DNA from: Desulfobacterales bacterium
Lineage (GTDB): Bacteria > Desulfobacterota > Desulfobacteria > Desulfobacterales > UBA5852
Length of the DNA: 64,000 bases
Reading direction: 5' to 3'
Assembly (NCBI GenBank): GCA_963674755.2
Contig: CAXXVS010000002.1
Span: 320,001 to 384,000, forward strand
Each line of letters starts with the position of its first letter. Positions within the stretch are counted from its first letter, which is position 1. A program made the position numbers and the translations under genes. The notes under the pieces were generated by a model, which was not told the origin of the DNA, searched no databases, and saw only the letters and a list, made by a program, of their open reading frames with translations. This document shows positions 1 through 8,651 of the stretch, one piece after another.

Positions 1-160
1 GTTCGCGCCTCCTGTCGGTCCTCGGCGTAGCCCGAGCTACGCCTGTGGGCGCCAGTCGGCTGTGCTTTGTTGAACACCGATGTGTTACAGATCAGGCGTG
101 AAATCCCGCGCTGTACGGCGGGACCAGGAACCAAAATCTGCCATCTCTGGATGGGCACTA
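1..160. repeat. Hairpin-rich non-coding element (possible REP/MITE-like repeat end or structured leader), probably truncated by the window start
   Basis: Four inverted repeats in 160 bp: GGCGTAGC-ccga-GCTACGCC (24-43), AACAC-cgat-GTGTT (73-86), TCCCGC..GCGGGA (104-123), CCATC-tctg-GATGG (141-154). No second copy seen in the window. Confidence 0.35.
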
Positions 161-188
161 TTTAAGGTGAAAGGGATGTCACATTAGC

Positions 189-1358
189 ATGCGCAACCAT
201 AAGGTCACCAAAACTTACGCGGAAATCAATCAGAAGATCAAAGCCGGCGATATTGTCGTGGTGACGGCCGAGGAAATGATCGATATCGTTCGTGACGAAG
301 GCCCCGAAGAGGCGGCCCGCCATGTGGATGTCGTGACGACCGGAACTTTCGCGCCCATGTGCTCTTCCGGTGCGTTCATCAATTTCGGGCATGCCACCCC
401 GGGAATCAGAGCCAACCGGGTGTGGCTGAACAATGTGCCCGCCTACGGGGGGATTGCCGCCGTGGATTGCTATCTCGGGGCCACAGAGCTTTGTGAAGAC
501 GATCCCCTCAACCATGTCTATCCGGGGGAATTCCGTTACGGTGGCGGTCATGTCATTCAGGATCTGGTGGCCGGCAAGTCCGTCCATCTGAAGGCTACTA
601 GCTACGGGACCGACTGCTATCCCCGCAAGCATCTGGAAAAGGAAGTGACCCTGAAAGACCTGCCTTACGCGGCCCTGTTCAACCCGCGCAACGGCTACCA
701 GAACTACAATTGCGCCGTCAATCTTTCCAACAAGACGATTTACGCCTATATGGGAACCCTCAAACCCCGTGCGGCCAATGCCAACTTCTGCTCGGCCGGT
801 CAGCTGAGTCCCCTGTTCAACGACCCCTATTACAAGACCATCGGCATCGGTACACGCATTTTCCTGGGGGGCGGGATCGGCTACGTGACCGGGGCGGGGA
901 CCCAGCACAAACCTTCCGCCCCGCGTACCCCCAAGGGAGTCCCCGTCACCCCGGCCGGCACCATCAGTGTCATGGGTGATATGAAGCAAATGAGCCCCAA
1001 GTGGCTTGTGGGGGCCAGTATCCAGGGCTACGGCTGTTCCCTCTCGGTGGGCCTGGGGATACCGATTCCCGTCTTAAACGAGGAGATGGCCGCTTACACG
1101 GCGGTATCCGACGAGGACCTTTTTACCCCGATTGTCGATTACAGCCACGACTATCCCAATGCAACCGGCAAGACCCTGGGGCAGGCCAGCTATGCCCAAT
1201 TGCGGCAGGGCACCATCGAACTTGAAGGCAAAACGGTCCAGACCGTGCCCCTTTCCAGCCTGGTGCGCGCCCGGGAGATTGCCGCGCTGTTGAAAGACTG
1301 GATCCTAAAAGGCAAATTTTTCATCGGGGAGCCCCAGGCCACGCTGCCGTCCAATTGA
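189..1358 (+). CDS. Homocysteine biosynthesis protein (DUF39; L-aspartate semialdehyde sulfurtransferase family)
   Basis: 389 aa; N-terminal KTYAEIN..I..G..VVVTAEEM..VDVVTTGTFAPMCSSG, YGGGHVIQDLV, NPRNGYQNY and SAGQLSPLFNDP motifs typical of DUF39. Confidence 0.88.
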   Translation: MRNHKVTKTYAEINQKIKAGDIVVVTAEEMIDIVRDEGPEEAARHVDVVTTGTFAPMCSSGAFINFGHATPGIRANRVWLNNVPAYGGIAAVDCYLGATELCEDDPLNHVYPGEFRYGGGHVIQDLVAGKSVHLKATSYGTDCYPRKHLEKEVTLKDLPYAALFNPRNGYQNYNCAVNLSNKTIYAYMGTLKPRAANANFCSAGQLSPLFNDPYYKTIGIGTRIFLGGGIGYVTGAGTQHKPSAPRTPKGVPVTPAGTISVMGDMKQMSPKWLVGASIQGYGCSLSVGLGIPIPVLNEEMAAYTAVSDEDLFTPIVDYSHDYPNATGKTLGQASYAQLRQGTIELEGKTVQTVPLSSLVRAREIAALLKDWILKGKFFIGEPQATLPSN

Positions 1359-1412
1359 CGGTCCCTTTGTTTGTCACAGGGCGTGCAGGGGATGCCGGGG
1401 AGTTAGGTCCAC

Positions 1413-1988
1413 ATGCCGGAAGATTATCGCGCTTTTGTCGCCTTGACCCTGCCCGAGGCGTTGCGGGAATACCTGCAAGGCGTGCAGCGCTGTTTGTCGG
1501 ACAATGGCGTGCGGGCCCGCTGGGTGCGGCCGGCGAGCATGCACCTGACGCTGAAGTTTTTAGGGCAATTGCCGTTGGACCAAGTTACGGCGGTAATTGA
1601 AACACTTGATAAGGTGGCTGAGGATTGCCCGCCATTACAGCTAACGGCGGCAGGGCTGGGCGGGTTTCCCCATCTGCAGCGCGCGCGCGTTCTGTGGATG
1701 GGGATCGGTGGGGATCACCAACGGCTGCACGATTTGCAGCAAGCGGTCGACGCCGCCCTCGCCAACTTGGGCTGGCCCCAGGAGAAGCGTCCCTTTCAGG
1801 GGCACCTGACGCTGGCCCGCACCAAAGGGCGGCGGCCGCTGGAGAAAGGCGTCGGTGACATGATGACCCCGTGTGCGCCCCGGGAGGCCATGGCCTTTAA
1901 GGCCGACCGCCTGACCCTTTTCCACAGCCGCCTGCTACCAGACGGCGCGGTCCACGACAAACTCAAGGAGTGGGTCCTATCAGATTAA
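1413..1988 (+). CDS. thpR: RNA 2',3'-cyclic phosphodiesterase (2H phosphoesterase)
   Basis: RAFVAL start and two HxT motifs (MHLTLKFLG, PFQGHLTLAR); sits immediately upstream of recA. Confidence 0.92.
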   Translation: MPEDYRAFVALTLPEALREYLQGVQRCLSDNGVRARWVRPASMHLTLKFLGQLPLDQVTAVIETLDKVAEDCPPLQLTAAGLGGFPHLQRARVLWMGIGGDHQRLHDLQQAVDAALANLGWPQEKRPFQGHLTLARTKGRRPLEKGVGDMMTPCAPREAMAFKADRLTLFHSRLLPDGAVHDKLKEWVLSD

Positions 1989-2146
1989 GACCAAAATTGA
2001 CCGTGGCGGGAGCTTCCTTTGCTCCCCATATCCTGTCGACCCATCCCTGGCAATGAACCCCCCAGGGACGGCGGGATATTTTTTTACCAGCCGTTGTACC
2101 GTAACCGACACGAAGCCTTGTGCGGTCTTCACACCAGGAGGTTGAT

Positions 2147-3178
2147 ATGGCGACTTCACCAGATAAGGAAAAAGCGGTAAACTCGGCCATGACGCAGATC
2201 GAACGCCAGTTCGGCAAGGGCGCCATCATGCGTCTCGGCTCACAGGCAGTAGTCCAGGTGCCGGCCGTGTCGAGCGGCTCCCTGGCCCTTGACAAGGCCC
2301 TGGGTATCGGCGGACTGCCCCGGGGGCGGGTGATCGAGATCTATGGCCCGGAATCCAGCGGCAAGACGACCCTGGCCCTGCATGCCGTGGCCGAATTCCA
2401 GCGGCTGGGCGGCATTGCCGCTTTCATTGATGCCGAACACGCGTTGGACACCACCTATGCCCGCAATCTGGGCGTCAATTGCGACGAATTGCTCGTCTCC
2501 CAGCCTGACACAGGGGAGCAGGCCCTGGAAATTGCCGATATGCTCGTACGCAGCGGGGCGGTGGATATCATTGTGATCGACTCGGTGGCGGCCCTGGTAC
2601 CGCGGGCGGAAATCGAAGGCGAAATGGGTGACGCCCACATGGGGCTCCAAGCGCGCCTTATGTCCCAGGCCTTGCGTAAACTGACCGGTACTATTGGCAA
2701 AACCAAGACGGCCCTCATTTTTATCAACCAGATCCGCATGAAAATCGGTATCGTCTTCGGCAATCCGGAAACGACCACGGGCGGCAATGCCCTCAAGTTC
2801 TACGCCTCTCTGCGTCTCGACATCCGGCGCACGGGCGCCATCAAGGAAGGTCAGGAAGTCACCGGCAGCCGCACCCGGGTGCGGGTGGTGAAAAACAAAC
2901 TGGCCCCCCCCTTTCAGGAAGCTGAATTCGATATCATCTACGGCGAAGGTATCTCCAAGACTGGTGAAATCCTGGATGTCGGCGTGGAATGCGGCCTCAT
3001 CGATAAGAGCGGGTCATGGTATTCTTACAACGGCGAGCGCATCGGACAGGGGCGCGCGAACGTCAAAACCTTTTTCGCGGAGAACGAGGATATTTATACC
3101 GAAGTCTTGAAACGTATCCGCCAGAAGCTGGGCTTCGAGAAAGCACCGGAAGAAGAAGGCGCGCCGGCCAAGGAATGA
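2147..3178 (+). CDS. recA: Recombinase A
   Basis: [44 protein letters not shown] at 2147 follows an AGGAGG RBS. Confidence 0.99.
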   Translation: MATSPDKEKAVNSAMTQIERQFGKGAIMRLGSQAVVQVPAVSSGSLALDKALGIGGLPRGRVIEIYGPESSGKTTLALHAVAEFQRLGGIAAFIDAEHALDTTYARNLGVNCDELLVSQPDTGEQALEIADMLVRSGAVDIIVIDSVAALVPRAEIEGEMGDAHMGLQARLMSQALRKLTGTIGKTKTALIFINQIRMKIGIVFGNPETTTGGNALKFYASLRLDIRRTGAIKEGQEVTGSRTRVRVVKNKLAPPFQEAEFDIIYGEGISKTGEILDVGVECGLIDKSGSWYSYNGERIGQGRANVKTFFAENEDIYTEVLKRIRQKLGFEKAPEEEGAPAKE

Positions 3179-3234
3179 CCGCACGACGTACGGCGAAATG
3201 ACCGTTTCCGGGTGAAGACCAAGGAGATTGAGCT

Positions 3235-5871
3235 ATGACGGGAAACGAAGCACGGCAAACCTTTCTGGACTTTTTTGCCAAACACCATCACCAAAAAGTA
3301 CGCAGTTCTTCCCTGGTGCCGACGGACGACCCGACGCTGCTGTTTACCAATGCCGGCATGGTCCAGTTCAAGCGCACCTTTCTGGGCGAAGAAAAACGGT
3401 CATACAGCCGTGCCGTGACATCGCAGAAATGCGTGCGCGCCGGAGGAAAACACAACGATCTGGAGAACGTCGGCTATACGGCGCGTCACCATACGTTCTT
3501 CGAGATGCTGGGCAATTTCTCCTTCGGTGACTACTTCAAGGAGAAGGCCATCGAATTCGCCTGGGACTTGCTGACCAACGGCTACGGTCTGCCGGCGGAT
3601 AAACTCTGGGTCTCGATCTATCTCGATGACGACGAGGCCCACGACCTCTGGCGCAGCCTGGTGGGGGTGCCCGAAGATCGCATCGTGCGTCTGGGGGAGA
3701 AAGACAACTTCTGGGCCATGGGCGACACGGGTCCCTGCGGCCCCTGTTCGGAGATTCATCTGGACCGCGGCGGCGTCTGCGGGCTGAACAATCCCAACTG
3801 TGGTGTGGACTGTGATTGCGACCGTTTTCTCGAGATCTGGAACCTGGTCTTCATGCAGTTCAACCGGGACGCCGCCGGCAAGATGGAACCCTTGCCCAAA
3901 CCCAGTATCGATACGGGGCTGGGCCTGGAGCGGATCGCTTCCGTCCTGCAGAACGTGGCCTCCAACTTCGATACGGACCTGATTTTTCCGATCATCAAGC
4001 GTACGGAAGAACTGTCCGGCCGGTCGGTGAACGAATCCGTCACCACCGAGGTCGCCATGAAAGTGATTGCCGATCACAGCCGGGCGGCGGCCTTCCTTAT
4101 CGGGGACGGTGTTCTGCCTGCCAACGAAGGGCGTGGCTATGTGCTGCGGCGCATCATGCGACGGGCCATCCGTTATGGGCGCAACATCGGTCTGAACAAG
4201 CCCTTTCTGCATGATACGGCCCGGGCGGTCATGGCGATTATGAAGCCGGCCTACCCGGAACTGACGGAAGCCGAGGCCTATATCACCAGCGTGATCGAAA
4301 ATGAAGAGGTGCGCTTTTCCGAAACCCTCGACCACGGTCTGCGGGTGTTGAACGATTCTCTGGAGGAATTGCGGGCCCAGGGCGAACGCGTGGTGCCGGG
4401 CCAGGTGATCTTCAAGCTTTACGACACCTTCGGATTCCCGGTGGATATCGTGCGCGACGTGGTGCGCGACGAGGGCCTGACGCTGGACATGGACGGGTTC
4501 GATGCGGCCATGGACCGCCAGCGCGAGCAGTCGCGCTCGGTGGCCGCCTTCAGTGCCACCAGCGAAGCCTATCGGACGCTTTCTGCCGAAGGCCTCAAAC
4601 CCGAATTCAAGGGCTACGACGGGTTGACAACTGACAGCCGCGTGTTGCTGCTGGTCAAGGACGGCCATGAGGTGGACGCGGTGTCGGTCGGCGATACGGT
4701 GGAAATCGTGGCCGGGGCCACTCCCTTTTACGGGGAAGCCGGCGGGCAGACCGGCGACGTCGGGGCCATCACTTCATCAGAAGGTGACGGCTTGCAGGTG
4801 GACATCCAGAACACGGTGAAGGATCCCACCGGATTGATTATTCACAAGGGACGCGTCCGCAAAGGCCGTATCGCCAAGAACGACCCGATCCGGTTGACGG
4901 TGGATGCCCGGGCGCGTCAGGCCACGGCCCGCAACCACACGGCCACCCATATCCTGCATGCCGTCCTGCGGGAGATCCTGGGCGACCACGTCAAACAGGC
5001 CGGCTCCCTGGTGTCGCCGGATCGCCTGCGGTTCGACTTCACCCATTTTTCACCCATCGAACCGCCAACCCTGACGGCTATCGAAACCCGGGTGAACGAA
5101 CGCATCCTGCGCAATGTGCCGGCCCATACGGAGGAGATGGACGCCGAGCAGGCCTTTCAATCCGGCGCGACGGCCCTGTTCGAAGAGAAATACGGAGACC
5201 GGGTGCGGGTGGTCTCCCTGGCCGATTTCAGCAAGGAATTATGCGGTGGCACCCATGTGGCGCGCACGGGCGATATCGGACTCTTCAAGATCGCCGGCGA
5301 ATCCAGCGTGGCCGCGGGGGTGCGCCGCATCGAGGCCCTGACCGGAATCGCGGCCCTGCAGCATGTCCAGGAGACGGAAGCGGCGCTTCAGGCGGCGGCC
5401 CATCACCTGAAAGATACCCCTCAAAATGTCACCGAACGGATCGACAAGCTGCTGGGGGAGCAAAAGACCCTGGAAAAAGAGGTGGCCCGTCTCAAGTCGG
5501 CCCTGGCTACGCAATCGGTGGCCGAAGCGGACGGCGATGTGGAACTGGTGGATGGCGTGAAAGTCCTGGCACGCCGTGTCGAGGTGGACAATCCGGCTGA
5601 TTTGCGGGATATGGTCGACCGCTTCCGGGATAAGTTGGCCTCGGGCATTGTGGTCCTGGGGGCGGCCAATGGCGGCAAGGCGCTGTTGATCGTCGGACTC
5701 ACCCCGGATCTGACCGGGCGCCATCATGCCGGCAAGATCGTCAAATCACTGGCGGCCATCGTGGGCGGCGGCGGGGGCGGCAAACCCGACCTGGCCCAGG
5801 CCGGGGGCAGCCGGCCGGAGAAGCTGGACGAAGCCATTGCCCGGGCCGCCGAACTGATCGCGCAAAGCTGA
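3235..5871 (+). CDS. alaS: Alanine--tRNA ligase
   Basis: DPTLLFTNAGM, RHHTFFEMLGNFSFGDYFK, editing HTATH..H and ELCGGTH motifs, C-terminal GGGGGGK..AQAGG. Confidence 0.99.
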   Translation: MTGNEARQTFLDFFAKHHHQKVRSSSLVPTDDPTLLFTNAGMVQFKRTFLGEEKRSYSRAVTSQKCVRAGGKHNDLENVGYTARHHTFFEMLGNFSFGDYFKEKAIEFAWDLLTNGYGLPADKLWVSIYLDDDEAHDLWRSLVGVPEDRIVRLGEKDNFWAMGDTGPCGPCSEIHLDRGGVCGLNNPNCGVDCDCDRFLEIWNLVFMQFNRDAAGKMEPLPKPSIDTGLGLERIASVLQNVASNFDTDLIFPIIKRTEELSGRSVNESVTTEVAMKVIADHSRAAAFLIGDGVLPANEGRGYVLRRIMRRAIRYGRNIGLNKPFLHDTARAVMAIMKPAYPELTEAEAYITSVIENEEVRFSETLDHGLRVLNDSLEELRAQGERVVPGQVIFKLYDTFGFPVDIVRDVVRDEGLTLDMDGFDAAMDRQREQSRSVAAFSATSEAYRTLSAEGLKPEFKGYDGLTTDSRVLLLVKDGHEVDAVSVGDTVEIVAGATPFYGEAGGQTGDVGAITSSEGDGLQVDIQNTVKDPTGLIIHKGRVRKGRIAKNDPIRLTVDARARQATARNHTATHILHAVLREILGDHVKQAGSLVSPDRLRFDFTHFSPIEPPTLTAIETRVNERILRNVPAHTEEMDAEQAFQSGATALFEEKYGDRVRVVSLADFSKELCGGTHVARTGDIGLFKIAGESSVAAGVRRIEALTGIAALQHVQETEAALQAAAHHLKDTPQNVTERIDKLLGEQKTLEKEVARLKSALATQSVAEADGDVELVDGVKVLARRVEVDNPADLRDMVDRFRDKLASGIVVLGAANGGKALLIVGLTPDLTGRHHAGKIVKSLAAIVGGGGGGKPDLAQAGGSRPEKLDEAIARAAELIAQS

Positions 5872-5952
5872 TGGCGGTACGCTGGGCGCGCTGCGGCACG
5901 GCCGCGTGCGCCCGGCGGCCCGAGACGGTCGCCATTTGGCGACGGCTTGTCT

Positions 5953-6783
5953 TCAGCTCGCTTTCAGCACATCGATCATGCTGAAAACCCGCCCCTGCAG
6001 TCCATCTTTTATCTTCCGATCGAGATAACGAATCGCCTTGAGCGTCCCGGCGGCATAGATGTCGCGGCCGTTGATGTTGTGTTTCAGCTGGAACAGGGTC
6101 GTGCCGTCCGGTGAGGTCAGGGTGTAGGTATGCCAGCCATGTCCGCCGAGGTATTTTTCCGGGATGCCCCACTGCTCACGCTGCATGGCGGGATCGCGTT
6201 CTTTCATGATCTGGTCGGGGCTGAAGGCAACCCCCATGGCATTGAAATAGCCCACGATCTCCTTGGCGGTACCGCTGGTGTCCGCCTTGCCCTGCTGGTG
6301 GCTTTCCTGGACTTCCAGGGTGTAGCCTTCAAACAGGTCTGGAAAATTGTCCGCGCCGTAGGCCAGCATGGCCTGCAGCCCGACGATCTGCTGGGCCATA
6401 TTCGGCGCGATGACCGCCGCAATCGACGACTTGGTCACCGTGTCGTGCAGTTCCTGGCGATCGCCGCCGGTGGTCCCCATGACAAAGGGCAGGTCATGGG
6501 TACAGTAGAAGCGGGCGTTGCGATTGACCGCTGAGGGATGGGTAAAATCGACGCTGATAAAATCCCCGTATTGATCTTTGATGGCCATGATGGCGGCATC
6601 CCGTTGCTCGGGGGGTACCAAAGCGATGCCCTTCGCTTCGATGGTGATGCGGTCGAGGTCGATTTCCGGACCGGTCAGTGAATAGGGCAGCAGGGCCAGC
6701 GTATCGTCGCGGGCAATGTGGCTTGCAATCAGGCGGGTGACATTTCCGGGCAGGCCATTGACCATGACTTTAAGACGGTTCAT
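5953..6783 (-). CDS. dapB: 4-hydroxy-tetrahydrodipicolinate reductase (plant/deltaproteobacterial type)
   Basis: Start MNRLKVMVNGLPG at 6783 after GAGGAGG; VDFTHP, FVMGTTGG, ESHQQGKADTSGTA. The longer ORF extension overlaps the upstream gene. Confidence 0.92.
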   Translation of the reverse strand: MNRLKVMVNGLPGNVTRLIASHIARDDTLALLPYSLTGPEIDLDRITIEAKGIALVPPEQRDAAIMAIKDQYGDFISVDFTHPSAVNRNARFYCTHDLPFVMGTTGGDRQELHDTVTKSSIAAVIAPNMAQQIVGLQAMLAYGADNFPDLFEGYTLEVQESHQQGKADTSGTAKEIVGYFNAMGVAFSPDQIMKERDPAMQREQWGIPEKYLGGHGWHTYTLTSPDGTTLFQLKHNINGRDIYAAGTLKAIRYLDRKIKDGLQGRVFSMIDVLKAS

Positions 6784-6926
6784 GGGCGCCTCCTCAAGGG
6801 TAAGGGTTGGTTTGCGATGGTTTTTCTGTTGTCGGCCCATAGCATGGATTGATCGGTTCCGCCAGCGTTCGCAAGGAATTCCTGGGTCGGGCTTGACAGG
6901 CCATCCGATTAGAGGGAGGGACACCG

Positions 6927-8618
6927 CTAGCGGGGGATGGTTTCGTTGGCGATCCGCGTGAGATGGGGAAATTCTTCCGCCCTGAAGTGCGACAGGTTTA
7001 GCTGCAGGCTGCGGACTGCCGCCGGAATATAGCGGGCAAAGAAGGGTTTGCCCTTTTGCCGGGTCAGGAAGCCGTAGGCGCCCAGAATCTGAAGATTGCG
7101 GGACAGCGCACAATAGCGGTAGGCGCGCTGAATTTCCGCGGCCGGGCTGCTGCTGACGGATGAAAGACGGGCGACGAAATAGCCCAAAAGCTTCTCCCGC
7201 AGAGCCGGCGGCAGGTCGACGTAGGGATCGATGAGCAGCGAGGCCAGATCGTAGTGGGGCGGCCCCAGTCGGCCTCCCTGAAAATCGATCAGGTAGTAGC
7301 GTCCCTCCCGCACCATGATGTTCCGGGACTGGAAATCCCGGTGCATGAAGCCCACCGGCTGGATCGCCGCGATGTTATCGGCCAGGCGGTGGTATTCCTT
7401 CTGTAAGTCTTCCGTCGGCGCTCTGATTCCGAGAAGCCCCTCCAGAAAGGCCTCGCTAAAATACCGGCATTCCTTTTCCAGTACCACTTCCCGGTCGTAA
7501 CGGGGGGTCTGGCAGGTCCAGCGCGGATCGAATTGTTCGGCCCCCCGCAGGGACATGGCCAGCAGGATATCCACGATCTGGCGATAGATGCCCTCCAGCG
7601 CGTGGTCGTCCGGAGCGTTTTGGATATAGGTCTGCAAATTTTGGGCGCCCAAGTCTTCCATGAACACCAGACCGGCGAAGCTGTCGGCCTGGAAGATTTC
7701 CGGTACCGGCAGGCCCCTGCGATGGAGGTGACGTCCGATGGCCACGAAGGCCTCCGCCTCGCAGGTGGCCGCCGCGGGTTTGATGCCGTGGTCGGCAACG
7801 ATCATGGTCGTCCGGTTTGCGCTCACGCGGTGCCACTGCCGATCCGAGCCGTCGCCGGGAAGGGTCTGCCAGTCGATACTGACCGGTTGCTGACCCTGGT
7901 CGGTCCTTTCCAGCAGGGCCTTGGTCATTACCTCTCGGGCCATCGCCCGGTAGCGTTCCGGCGTTCCGAGATCCGACCAGTGCAGAGGCGCGGGCAGGTA
8001 AGCCCGGATAGTTCGACCATCGTCGATCATGGCCTGGTAAGCGTCGATGCTGTTGGCAAACCCGTGCGGGGGGAGATAGGTCAGAACGTCCTCGTTGAGC
8101 ACCTGGACACCGGTGAAGGTCATGCGGCGGGTGTCGGGGATATCCGGGGCCTCGGGTGATTTCCGGAAGCCCGCCACGCGTTGGGCCGCATCGACGATCA
8201 CCGTGTTGAAGCGCGGGTCATGGCAGAGCGCCAGGCTGACCGGCTGGCCATGCTGCTGGTGAAACGCGTAAAAAGCCGCAAAATCCATATCGGTGTAAAT
8301 GTCGCTGTTGACCACCAGGAGCGGTTGCGGACGCCAGCGATCGGCGGTATTGCGGATGGCCCCCCCGGTGCCGAGGATCGCGGGCTCATGGCGCGTCTCG
8401 ACCCGGTCCGCATAGGGTCGGGTCTGCAGAAAGGCTTCGATCATGCCCGGCTTGTGGTGGGTATTGACGATGATGCGGCAGGCCCCGGCGGCCAGCAGGT
8501 CCTGGATGATGATGTCCAGCAGGGGACGGCCGTTCAAAGTAAACAGGGGTTTGGGGGTATGGTCGCTGTACGGACGCAGTCGTGTGCCGAAGCCGGCGGC
8601 CAGAACAAGGGCGATCAT
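6927..8618 (-). CDS. Fused sugar-phosphate nucleotidyltransferase + APH-family kinase (MurU-AmgK-like)
   Basis: N-terminal LAAGFGTRLRP..PKPL, LGTGG, WSDLGTP; C-terminal GDGSDR, EDLG, HRDFQSRNIM, IDFQG, YDLASLL. Confidence 0.85.
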   Translation of the reverse strand: MIALVLAAGFGTRLRPYSDHTPKPLFTLNGRPLLDIIIQDLLAAGACRIIVNTHHKPGMIEAFLQTRPYADRVETRHEPAILGTGGAIRNTADRWRPQPLLVVNSDIYTDMDFAAFYAFHQQHGQPVSLALCHDPRFNTVIVDAAQRVAGFRKSPEAPDIPDTRRMTFTGVQVLNEDVLTYLPPHGFANSIDAYQAMIDDGRTIRAYLPAPLHWSDLGTPERYRAMAREVMTKALLERTDQGQQPVSIDWQTLPGDGSDRQWHRVSANRTTMIVADHGIKPAAATCEAEAFVAIGRHLHRRGLPVPEIFQADSFAGLVFMEDLGAQNLQTYIQNAPDDHALEGIYRQIVDILLAMSLRGAEQFDPRWTCQTPRYDREVVLEKECRYFSEAFLEGLLGIRAPTEDLQKEYHRLADNIAAIQPVGFMHRDFQSRNIMVREGRYYLIDFQGGRLGPPHYDLASLLIDPYVDLPPALREKLLGYFVARLSSVSSSPAAEIQRAYRYCALSRNLQILGAYGFLTRQKGKPFFARYIPAAVRSLQLNLSHFRAEEFPHLTRIANETIPR

Positions 8619-8651
8619 GGGACGATTTTCCCGGACATCATCGGCCGCTCC

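Noticed and set aside
1990..2146. Possible LexA box upstream of recA
   Set aside because: Only a weak GTT-N7-AAC dyad, with no confident match to a known SOS box.
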